Positions 52,947 through 64,000 of a DNA stretch of 64,000 nucleotides are shown piece by piece. The notes under the pieces are model-generated. The model saw only the letters and a list, made by a program, of their open reading frames with translations, searched no databases and was not told the DNA's origin. The DNA is from Octopus sinensis. Its lineage: Eukaryota. The stretch spans positions 75,392,001 through 75,456,000 of the forward strand of contig NC_042998.1 of assembly GCF_006345805.1 (NCBI RefSeq), given 5' to 3'. How positions within the stretch are numbered: position 1 is the stretch's first letter; each line of letters opens with the position of its first letter. The translations under genes and the position numbers were made by a program.

Positions 52947-55900
52947 TCATTCAAGTAGTGAGTTCTTGTTGGGTGAGTTGTATCCAATTATGGGTGGCTT
53001 ATCTGGTATTCTTTGAAGGAATCTATCCAGACTCCGTTTAAAGTTGATGGGATCCTTTTCCTCTTTGATCTCTTTCGGGACAATGTTAAATAGGACAGGA
53101 CCTGTTGAGGAAAATAAATTATGTTGCAGTGTACATGTATGCTGTGATCTTGGATTGGGCAGGGGACGTATGACCCGTGGTCCCAGTCTTGGATGAACCT
53201 TGAAGCTGATGTTCAGGTCGTTTGGGCAAAGTTGGCGGTATATTCTCCACATCGTACAAATGATGTACCGCTCACGGCGACGCTGGAGAGAGTAAAGTTT
53301 CAAGGCTTTAAGGCGATCCCAACAATCGAGAGCAGCCATGCCTTCAATTCGTTTAGTGAGTGCCCTCTGGGGTGACTCAATCCTCGAGATGTTTTGTCTT
53401 GTATGGGGAGACCACAGTGGGCAGCAGTATTCGAGGTGTGGCCGCACAAAGGAAGAGAAAAATGGTATGATGACACCTTGTTCTCTGGACCGGAAAGTTC
53501 TTAAGATCCAGGAACTCATCCTACGAGCTATATCGACCTTCTTGTTGGTGTGTGCACTCCAACTGAGAATGTCATCAACAATTACACCCAGTTCTCTGAT
53601 ATTGTTAGAGGCCGTGAGCGGTTCCCCTGAAGGTATGAGAGTATGGCTGTTTTAGTGAGGAATTTCTTCCAAAATGCATCAGCTCAAATTTTTCCTCGTT
53701 CAGTTGCATTTTGTTTCTGTCTGCCCATTGACTCACAGCATATAGATCAGACTGGAGTTGAGTTCGGTCTGCTTCTTCATTGGAGCTTAGTGTCATCAGC
53801 AAATATTTTCACTTTGCAGTAATGTACGACACTGGAAAGGTCGTTTATATAAATTATGAAGAGTAGCGGACCCAAGACAGTACCCAGGGGGACACCGCTG
53901 GTGACTTTTGCTGGGCTTGAGTGGACTCCATCAACTACAACATGTTGTGTTCTATTCGCCAGGAAATACTTAATCCAGTGTAGAACTTTTCCACGGATTC
54001 CAACATTTGCCAATTTTGAGAGCAGGATATTATGGTCTACCCTGTCGAACGCTTAACTGAAGTCAAGATATATGACATCAGAGTTCGAACCTGTTCCCAA
54101 GGCTTTGAGTACATCTTCAATGTGGTGTAAGAGTTGTGTTAGACAGTCTCTGCCATAGCGAAAGCCATGCTGATTTGCATTTAGGAGTTTGTGAGTCTCC
54201 AGGAAGTCAGCTATCCTTGATCTTAACACTCTTTCAAACACTTTAATGATGTGGGAGGTGAGTGAGATTGGGCGATAGTTGACTTCGAGGGATCGGTTTC
54301 CCTGTTTGAAAACCGGGATGACTGACTGGGATAGAAACTGTTTCGGTATATAACCTGCGTCTAACGAATTTCTCCAGAGGTTGGTCAGAGGGACTGCAAG
54401 TTGGTGTCTACATTCCTTCAGGAGACTAGCGGGGAATCTATCAGGGCCTACAGGATAGTAGTATTTGACCTCATTTATTGCTGCTACGATGTCAGTGGTA
54501 GTGAAGGTTATGTCTGAGATTTTATGTTGGGAGTCAACTTCGTTCGCTTCTCTTACGTCAATATCAGTGGGAACACTAAAGACAGAGCAGTATTGTTTCT
54601 GCAGTATTTCTGCCATTTCTTTAGCATCGTGTTTGGGAATGCCGTTATCATCAATCAATGGCCCAATGGGTGAGACAGTGGTTCTATGCTTATTTGCATA
54701 AGAATAGAACACTTTTGGGTTCTGTTTGATGTTTTTGATTACCCACTGTTCCTCCACAGCTCTTTGATTTTCAATGGAGGTTTTCATGTCGGTCTGCAGA
54801 TGAAGTTTTTCCAGCTCTAACCTTTTCATTGTTGTTGAATGTGGATGTTGTGTGTGGGAATATTTTAATTGGTTGATTTTTTTGTTGAGTCTTTTCATGC
54901 GCCTGATGAGTGTTTTTTTCTTTTTAAGGAGCCGGTTTCTGTTTGTGTTAGTAGATTTCGTGGGAGCGTGTTTAGAGCATGTATAGATGACAATGTTTTC
55001 AAAGTGCTGCCATGCTGTCTCAATATGGGTGGAATTGAGAGTAAAAGACCAGTCGATGAAAGACAGATCCTTTCTGATTGCTCCCCAGTCCGCTTTATGG
55101 AAGTTTATGTTGTCAAATGGGTGCCATGGAGTGGGATTGGCTTTTATATGTCGGGAATTAAAATTGCAGAATACCATTTCGTGGTCTGAGAGGAGAGTTT
55201 TTTCAACTGAAATACTGTGAACGAAGCTAGAGTGATTGGTCAATACCAGATCGTTTTATCCTGTCTCGTTGGTTCGAGCACTAGATGAGTCAGGAAATAT
55301 TCATCCATTAGATTAAAGAGCAGTTCTGCTGCTGCTCTATCTGATGTAGAGCATTTGCCTAACTTCAGAGTATTTGTGAGCCAGTTCACATGAGCGAGGT
55401 TAAAATCACCCATCACTAGTATGTTTCCGGAGTGGTACTTCCGAAGGAAGGACTTGACTTTGCTAAGGCACTCTTCAAAGCACTTTAGAGGTGCTTGGGG
55501 AGGCATGTAAAGACCAACAATGATTATGTCCTTGGCCTTGCTAAATAGTGATACCGATTCACAGTAGCCATTGGAAAATATGTTCTCGGCATCAAGTGAA
55601 AAGGAGTCATGGATAAAGATGGCTGTCCCTCCCTTATTCCGGTCTGTGCGATCCGCACGAACAATGGTGAAATCTTTTATTTTCACCTCGGCGTCCATAT
55701 GGGTGTTGTTCAGGTGAGTCTTGGTAAGGATAAAGAAAGGGAAGCAATGTGCCGTTTCGGCAAGCCAACTCTCTATATATGGGATCTTCCATTTTTGGGC
55801 AATAATTGATGGGTTGATGCCATGTACATTTAACAGGAATGTCGAGGTAAGGGAAGCTTGATGTTTGCATTGTTCTAAGTTATGTTTTATGTTGTTCAGT

Positions 55901-55986
55901 GGTAACAATGTGGGTAGTTCTTGTATGGAGCTGTGTGTGTATGATTTTCTTGTTGGTAGTGGGTGTGTGGTCCTTGTGATTTGCAT
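52947..55986 (-). pseudogene. LINE ORF2 (AP endonuclease plus reverse transcriptase), disrupted
   Basis: APE motifs LNVHGI, LTKTHL, RADR...GGTAIFI, MGDFN, SDH. RT motifs NYRPISLTS, QHGFR, YLDFS*AFD (stop at 54053-54055), GVPLGTVLGPLLF, FADD. Frameshifts near 55243, 53790 and 53620. Confidence 0.95.
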
Positions 55987-56249
55987 AGGTGGTTGCTGAT
56001 AGTTCGTTGGATATCCTGGCTTAGGTCGGCCTTCATATTTTCTAGGTAAGTCAGTAAAAAAGAGTTACCTCTTTGATTTGCCACTTGGTCAGAGGATACA
56101 TATTTCATTTTGGTGTTATTTGGTATTATGGTTTTTTTCATGATTCTGTCTACGTTGTTTGATTGTAGGAGGAGAAACGTGGTTGTATTTTGTTCTTGTT
56201 GTTGTCGTAGATTTCCTCCGTTGCTGTTCATATTTATTTTGTGATCGTT

Positions 56250-56490
56250 TTGTGCCCTTCAGATGGTGGTGGTTGCATTCTGGGTTCAGGCACATCCTTG
56301 GTGACACAGAAGTTTGGTACAGTTTAGGATGGAAGAAGGTGCATCCATTGCCTTTTGTGCATCCATATTTGGGATCCAGACCATGGACTCTGTATTTAGG
56401 ACAGTATTTGGGTTGGAGGTGAGGGCAGTTTTTTTCTCGTTATACCATATGGACAGGTGCCCTTAACAAGTCTACGACATAAGGTAGGAC
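56250..56490 (-). pseudogene. LINE ORF1-like tandem CCCH zinc-finger region
   Basis: LCRRLVKGTCPYG..(frameshift)..CPHLQPKYCPKY...GCTKGNGCTFFHPKL...MCLNPECNHHHLKGT. Confidence 0.75.
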
Positions 56491-56881
56491 GGGAAAAAGC
56501 ACAGCGTCCATTGTTGTTGGTGTACTGGGGCCAAATCTACAGCTGCCTTGAGAATAGTAACGGCAGGGTGTTTTATGTGGGTGTAGTAGTGGTTTTTCTA
56601 TTCTGGCTGAAGTAGCAGTAGCAGAGTGTTGCTGTTGTTGTTGTTGCTGTTGCTGTAGCAGGTACTGGTTCCAATGTAGTGGCAGAATCAGGCTGTTGTT
56701 TTTGTGATAGTGGGTTCTGGCTTGCCAGAATGGGCGGAATTAGGTCAGATGTTTGTTGCTGGTTATCGGGTCGTTGAAGTGACCCCTGACCTGTTAGATT
56801 TGGGTCATTTGGTGCACTGCATTCATATGTATATATATATATATGTGTATATATATATATATATATGTGTATATATATATA

Positions 56882-56920
<39 letters not shown>

Positions 56921-56922
<2 letters not shown>

Positions 56923-57190
56923 TTACTTGCTTAAGGCAGTCCATCTTGACAGATGACGACGTCGTCTGTTTATCCTTAGGAGTTGTCTTGATGGCGTTCG
57001 CAGGCCCTCTCGTGGCTGAAAAGGCCGATCATGGAGGCACATGTCCGATTACACTGAGAGCAGCGAAGAGGGCTCCGACGAATATGAGCTCGTCTAGGAT
57101 ATTGCTGAAGGTTCCTTGAGCTGTCTCCGCCTTTCTTCGCGAAGTTAGTTCGCTCAACCTCAATATGCTGCGTACCAGTTTTAATTGCAT
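56921..57190 (-). mobile_element. RTE-clade LINE 3' end
   Basis: The minus frame reads LRCSQCNRTCASMIGLFSHERAC*, the terminal C2H2 finger of RTE/BovB-like elements, followed by a short 3' UTR and aagcaagtaag tail. Confidence 0.8.
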
Positions 57191-57236
57191 ATCATTTACA
57201 TATATATATGTGTATGTATGAGTGTGTGTGTGTATG

Positions 57237-57316
<80 letters not shown>

Positions 57317-60306
57317 CCGAGTTTCTTTTTCTGCTGAGTTTATAACAACCCTTTGCACCATCCTCATTAGATGTGCTTTATTCATGAAGACAAAACCTAT
57401 GAGATTGCTGTCTGGAAAAAACCCTAACTGTCGGTCAGCTTCAAAGCAGTTTCTGATAGCCTGCTGCTGCTGCTGCTGGGAGTATGCACTAGTCGTTTTA
57501 CATCACCCTTGTAATTGAATCTATGTTCTTCATAGCAAAGCCATTGAAATTGGGAACTTTGTACTATTGATCTCCACTGCTGTTGTACCTTCTGTGTTAT
57601 CAATAGTTAGTCTTTGATCTCAGGAATGGTTGTCATCGCTGCCAGAGAGGTGAAGCATTATGTTTGTCTGCAACGGTGAATATAGATAGTTCAGTAGTTT
57701 CCTAGTTCATGTGAGCACACGGTAGGCGTTCGATGGACGGTATTTGTAATGCCTACTGCAGCTGGTATTAGAGTTGCAGACGATGGAATTGAATATAGTC
57801 ATCATAGGACTATTAAAAGAAATGTAGTCAGCCACGAATTCGATGGACAGCTATACGCAACAATTAGTTGTGGGTGTGTGTGTGTTTATATACCAGTTAA
57901 AGATACCAAACTCTTAGGTATTGGCAATGTGCATTTTGATTTAGGCAATGTGTTACATGCTTTCAATTACGAAGGATGTAAACGTTACAGAAATATAGCT
58001 GGATGTTTGGATACTGGATTAGAAATCATTAAAATGCTATTTGTTCTGCATAGAAGAGCTATAGAAATTAAAATAGAATCAAAATTGAGATTTGAGTCAC
58101 AATAATATCGACTGACACCGCAGTAATTCTAATGACTGATCTATCTGCAACTCCCTGTAATTGAATGAGATAGTCTGAATTGCGCATTAATACAGTTGGT
58201 AAAAGGAAACGGACAGAAAAATAGTGGAATGGTACAGGCCTCTCATTCTTCAAATATGTTACTACAACGTTAATCCGTTTTCTTTCATGTGGACTCTACA
58301 GCACTTCACCGCTATTGTGTGTCACATTCAAATGACTGTTATTAGGACCGGTATCCTTCTATATTTCGGTGGAGGAGGGGATTATTCTTTGAATATGAAA
58401 CGAGTGAATAATCAAACTGCCTCCCACCTAACTACTCTTGTTCCTCATAATTACCAATTCGTAAACTATACCTAAACAATCAGCTGATTATTTTATCTTC
58501 GTCTAAGACATTGTAAATCAGACTTTTATATTACAATATTATATTTTGTTTAACCTAAACTCTGACTCCTATATCATGTTGTAATTTTGTAATTTATCAT
58601 TTATCTCTATTCTAAAATTTCTAAATTTCTAAAATTCAAATTAATTCTTAATGGAGTAATGGAATTATTTCCAACAATATTTATATTTCTTATTAATATT
58701 CCTTTGTAACTCTCAACTCAAATAATCTATTCATTTTTTTTATTTAGTTATTTATTTGAAAACTAAGAATATTGATTATAACAAAACCAGAACTTCAAAT
58801 GATAATAGAAACTTCATCTTTGGTCACTTCATGAATTCTAAACATTCTCAAATCAATGGAGAATACTCTGGGAAATAATCTATAATAAAGTTTCCTGTAA
58901 ACCGCATTTCATAAAAGCAATTCAACAACCATTTAGGAGATCACGCTGTACATAATTTTCAAATATCTGTATTGATGGAGAAAATATGAAAAAGAATCAG
59001 TAAAAGCATTTACTTCTCTCAGTTTTGAGATTTGTGTATAAAGAACAAAATTAGTTCAGGCACATTAATGGACTCTTTACAAATTCCAGCCGCTTTGACA
59101 TTAACCATAATAAAATGAATGTGACCGCTGTAAGTGTGTGTCCGACACAGAGAAAACCTCAAAATATAGAATCCAACACTTGTCTCTCAATAGTTCACTA
59201 TAATAAATAGCAGTAAGCTTACTAAAGTTTATTAATGATTACATCATGAATATTAGTTATGGTAGACACTCGAATAGAAGCACTCAGAATTACTAACAGT
59301 ATAATCTGTATATATACACAGAAATTATTTAATAACAAAGCCTATGATTCAATATCTATTTGAATGTACTTTCTTTTGAGTTAACAAACTGAAAATATAT
59401 CAACTTAGATTATTGGGCAATGCCATATTAGGTAAACAGAATCAATTTATGTCAAAGAATGATATCAATCATATGATTAAGGCACTACACTGCTCTTACT
59501 TAACGGCTTGCTTTGACATCTTCAGAATATTATATGTCCTTATGAACGTGTATCTGACATTGATTCGATTTCTTTCTATCATTTGCTATAAGTCGTTCGA
59601 GTACACCAATATTCTGGAAGATGTCGAACAAAAGCATGTTAACCTGCAACATATTGCGAAAATCTGTTTCACTAAATTTAGTATGAAATATATTTTATGA
59701 ACTTTCTCTACACGATGTGTATGTGTGATATGAGCATCTTACGTATCGTTCGTTCTTTCTTTATACCTCCTTACACACATCCTTACACTTCGTATGATAT
59801 TCATCATTAGTACTCATAATTCTTCTCGAGACTATTTTCTCTAATCTATATTGTATTATAAACAAAATCGTCGTCACAATCTCTACTTCATTCGTTTCAT
59901 CTGATAGTTATATGTTCATCTACTCTCTACTGTTACACTGCAATATTAACTAACTTTGGTCTTTCACGATTGTTTGGCGTACTCACGCTTCCATGTAGAA
60001 CATATATTTTATTATTGCTTTATTCTGGAGGAAGATGCTGTGTCTATGCATTTGGCAGGCTAACAGAGACCAGTAGAATCGATGTGGTTAATAGTTTTCT
60101 TGGTAGAAGAGTTTACGAAATTTAGTGGAAGTCAATAAGGAGATAAGATGATCGATCCAGGGGTTTTGGTAAATATTGCACTTAATGGTAGTTTCATCAT
60201 CTACGATATTTTGAAGCTAAATACATTAGGACAATAGGTGACAGAGTAAGTGGAGATCCCAGCCTTGGAAATGGAACTCGTTAGTGTTTCAGAAGTTGTG
60301 TCTATA

Positions 60307-60368
60307 CGTATGTATGTATGGATGTATGTATGTACGTATGTATGTATGTATGTACGTATGTATGTATG

Positions 60369-60402
<34 letters not shown>

Positions 60403-60470
60403 TGTATGTATGTATGTATGTATGTATGTATGTATGTATGTATGCATGTATGTATATATGTATATATATA
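60307..60470. repeat. (TATG)n microsatellite
   Basis: Direct reading. Confidence 0.95.
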
Positions 60471-60599
60471 CACGTTACCGCGGAAGGAAGGGAATGCTCT
60501 TATATAGGAGCCAGATCTCTTTTTTTTTTCTATAACAGACTAGCGAATCATTTAAATTCCTGTAGATATAGGGAAAATATATATTAGCCTAAGTAAACT

Positions 60600-61745
60600 A
60601 ATTTGATCAGCTAAAAACATAAACAATAGCTATTCTATCGACTGGGAACTAATTAGTACTGCTAAGCGTTATCGAGTAAGGGGAAACAGACGCGATCTAT
60701 GCGTAGAGAAGCTTTACCAAATGTTTACATCAAAACATATATTAATAAATACAAGACACGAACAAGCCCTTAGATCCTTGCACAAGTACGGTCGGACCTT
60801 TAAGAGGTATAAAGATAATTCTAGATGGCCAACGCCCCAGCAACAATTAGGCTTGATATAACAGCATAACCCCAAAATAAAAATATCTAATAACCATCAT
60901 CATTAATAAAAGCAAAACAAATACTCTACACAATGTACAACACAAATAATGAGCGGCTCAACCAAAAATATGAATATAAACGAACAAGAGCCCTTTATTA
61001 CAAGCACTGCACTCGAAATCAAAAAGACACACACAACCATTAATACGAACAAAGAGCCTCACAAAAATATCAACCTTAACCTATCTTAAGACCAAGCCGT
61101 AACTTCGGACAGCAGCTAGGGTGAAGTTGAGGTCAACAGGACATACCAATAAATATGAACACACCTCTACCTCCCACAGATCACTAACTTGCAAAAATTT
61201 ATTTCAATCATTTCATTTCGACGATGACCAAATGGACGGCCCCTGATGAAGCTGCACCGACAATATTGCAAGGTTGCATTTGCAACAAGGAGTAGTAGCT
61301 GAACAGAAACACCTGTAGGTCATTATGATATGATGTATATAACTATAAAATAAATTTTTGTGGATGTGCAAGTTTACATACTCTTTATTATTATTAATAT
61401 TAATAAACACTCCATACAATTTTTACTGTCCAGCGAAGGGAACACGGAATTGCTAATCGGAAGAATTCACGGAGTGGCTAACAACTAAATGTAGTCACAG
61501 ACGTTAGATACTGATCGTTGTGGTTAACCGTTAACTAGAACTTAACAGAAAGCTAATTCTGTATCCTCACTTATATATATAGTAATAATAACGATAAGGA
61601 GGACGAAGATTTTTATTTTTCACATCTATAATTTTATTTAACAGTTATCTACATCATCTTCACGGGACCTACACGTGTTTCAATTGCAGCAACTACACAC
61701 AGTTAGATATGCAACCAGGTGTCATTCGATGGGCCTCTGTTTATG
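60600..61745 (+). mobile_element. Decayed Penelope-like 3' region with two oppositely oriented hammerhead remnants
   Basis: DLCVEK-like GIY-YIG tail at about 60690. CTGATGA-agctgc...gtagct..GAAACacctGTAggtc at 61243-61321 (+). gaaacacgtgtaggtccc on the minus strand at 61664-61681. Confidence 0.5.
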
Positions 61746-62326
61746 TTCCGCCTTTCACAAGATATTAGCCAACCGTAAAGTACGGTAGCAAATATATATA
61801 TAATATTCTGCGCAGTAAAATTGATCCTAGAATCTCGCAGGTGCAAAAAGAACATTCGAGTGACTTGCTCTTCATTAGATGTGGAAATATTCTCATGGCG
61901 TATTTAGAAAATCTAATTTTATTAAAGACACTCAGTTTTCCAAACAGTAAACGAACATTATTTATCAATAGAAAAGAACGTCTGTTTGAGAAAATGGTAA
62001 ATTTAATTATATAAAAAAGCGGTGTTGCGTTGTTATTTATCTAAATAAATAGAAAAGAAGTTCTAAATAGAATCAAAAACCTTCGTCTTTGCAAAATTTT
62101 ATTCTATCATTATTCACATTATAATTCTCCAAACTATTAAATCAAAGTGAAGTATATTTGCCACCTAAATGTGGCTAACACTTAAGGGTTGATAATACCG
62201 TAGCTCGTAGCCCCGGGAAGACATCTCCCCCAGCTGGTTATTGACACACTTTCTGTGCTCTATAAGTATTTGCAAGGGGAAGTCATCTTTTCCATCTCCA
62301 GCCTGACGTGATACACACGGACACGA

Positions 62327-62362
62327 GTTTTTACGTTTCGAGCAAAGCTCTTCGTCAGAAAC
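62327..62362 (-). ncRNA. Minimal type I hammerhead ribozyme in a Penelope-type pLTR fragment
   Basis: Minus strand: gttt-CTGACGA-a-gagc(ttt)gctc-GAA-acgt-A-aaaac. Canonical core, palindromic stem III. Confidence 0.7.
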
Positions 62363-62499
62363 AGGAGATGGAGGAAAGTCCAAGAGAAAAGGAAGACGGG
62401 GGAAAAGATATCGCCAACGATCCACATGTGGTATATATATATACATACTGCTGTATGGTCGATATTTTGACATTTTGCGTTTAATATTTTGTTATGGGA

Positions 62500-63045
62500 A
62501 GGCGACGAGCTGGCAGAAAGGTTAGCACGCCGGGTGAAATGCTTTGTCGTATTTCGTCTGTCTTTACGTTGTAAGTTCAAATTCCGCGAGGCCGACTTTG
62601 CCTTTCATCCTTTTGGGGGTCGATAAATTAAGTACCAATTGCGTTCTGAGGTTGATCTAATAGACTGGCCCCTCCTCCAAAATTTCGGGCTTTGTGCCTA
62701 GAGTAGATATGAATATTTCCATATGGGAAGGCAGCGAGCTAGAAGAATCGTTAACACGCTGGACGGAAATCAAGTACCAGTTACGCACTGGGGTCGATGT
62801 AATCGACTTAATACCTATGTCTGTCCTTGTTTGTCCCCTCTGTGTTTAGCCCCTTGTGGGTAATAAAGAAATAGGTATTTCGCCCGTCGCTACGTTCTGA
62901 ATCGAAATTCCGCTGAAGTCGATGTTTGTCTTTCATTCTTCGGAGTCGATAAATTAAGTACCAGTGAAACACTGGGGTCGATGTAATCGACTATCCCCTT
63001 CCCCACAAATTCCAGGCCTTGTGCCTATAGTAGAAAAGAATATTT
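62500..63045 (+). mobile_element. Composite/tandem SINE family A copies
   Basis: Three partial units of the SINE A head, core and tail. Confidence 0.85.
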
Positions 63046-63721
63046 TTATTTGGAAGAAACTCAACGGGGTCAATTCTATAAACCTATATATTTAACTTAC
63101 AGACTGATGTATTAAATGCAGCTCGTAATAAATTCTAAGTAAACTGAAATTTCCTTCTGATCTGGAAGTTACTAAAAAAGAGGAAATGTGTTTTCAAGAA
63201 ATTAAAGGTTAAGTTTTACTTATATAAAATATCTTATGTCTAATTTTTTACCAATTGCATGTGTATTAGTAAAAATAAATCGAGTTATGGATAAACATTT
63301 TAAAGGGGCCAATTACATAAAGTAGAAAATAATGATTTTTACATATGGCGACTGAGTTATTCGTATTTGCCCGGGTTTAGTTTCTAAAGATCTATTTAGA
63401 GATCTGTCGGCTTCGGTACATTATACTATACTGACGAACTCAGCGTACTATAAAAGGTATATCCTGAGCCCACCTCACCTCGTCTACAAAGGTTATTATG
63501 TACCTTACCAAAGCATGTAAATTAACACAAAAATAAATTGTTTCTATCTTGAGTTATGAGGCCTCCTGCTTGTGTTTCGTTGATAATTGACATTATATGT
63601 TTTTGCTTCCTATCTTCAACTCAACTGGAAATTTTCTGAAATTGAAAATTTATTACAAATGGCGTTTAGTACACTAAAGTTTCAGTTACATAAACGCACA
63701 TACTGATACATATATCATAAA

Positions 63722-63773
63722 TGTGTGTGTGTATGTGTGTGTGTTTGTGTGTGTGTGTTTGTGTTGTGTGTGT

Positions 63774-63855
<82 letters not shown>
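63722..63855. repeat. (TG)n microsatellite
   Basis: Direct reading. Confidence 0.95.
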
Positions 63856-63856
<1 letters not shown>

Positions 63857-64000
63857 ATTTGTAGGTTGCTACTCTGAAATTAATTGGTATCGCTTCTTGC
63901 ATTCATATTAGCCGAGTGTATGTATTTGTGCGTGTGTGTGAGTTTGAAGTATATATGTATGTGTGTGCGTGTTTGAAGTCTGAGTGTGTGTGTGTGTAGA

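Larger units (their letters stand above)
52836..56825 (-). mobile_element. Near-full-length CR1-like LINE, inactivated, embedded in (TA)n
   Basis: CCCH-type zinc-finger region, then APE, RT and C-terminal LYSLQRRRERY. Short 3' UTR ending in tatctaagtt repeats. TA microsatellite on both sides. Confidence 0.95.

Noticed and set aside
56921-57385. Host exon ending at a GTAAG donor on the minus strand
   Set aside because: Another frame gives the RTE terminal zinc finger, and gtaag is part of the element's tail repeat.
57749-58105. 118-aa ORF as a gene
   Set aside because: No domain similarity or splice context recognisable.

Overview
AT-rich, microsatellite-dense animal non-coding DNA. The SINE families and repeat landscape look like an octopus/coleoid cephalopod genome (inference, not verified). 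No host protein-coding exon, rRNA, true tRNA gene or CRISPR array could be supported, and most ORFs in the track are microsatellite artefacts. The window is a transposon graveyard: a near-full-length but disrupted CR1-like LINE (52.8-56.8 kb, minus), R4/Dong-like RLE retrotransposon remnants, RTE, L1/Tx1-like, Gypsy, Tc1/mariner and Helentron-like fragments, three tRNA-derived SINE families and several Penelope-like (GIY-YIG) remnants. Two things stand out. (1) An unexplained ~400-nt, ~65% GC, highly base-paired island at 49.4-49.8 kb with a potential long-range pseudoknot, a candidate novel structured ncRNA or ribozyme. (2) A high density of type I hammerhead ribozyme motifs from several Penelope-type families, including one embedded in a near-perfect ~335-bp foldback at 23.9-24.2 kb.
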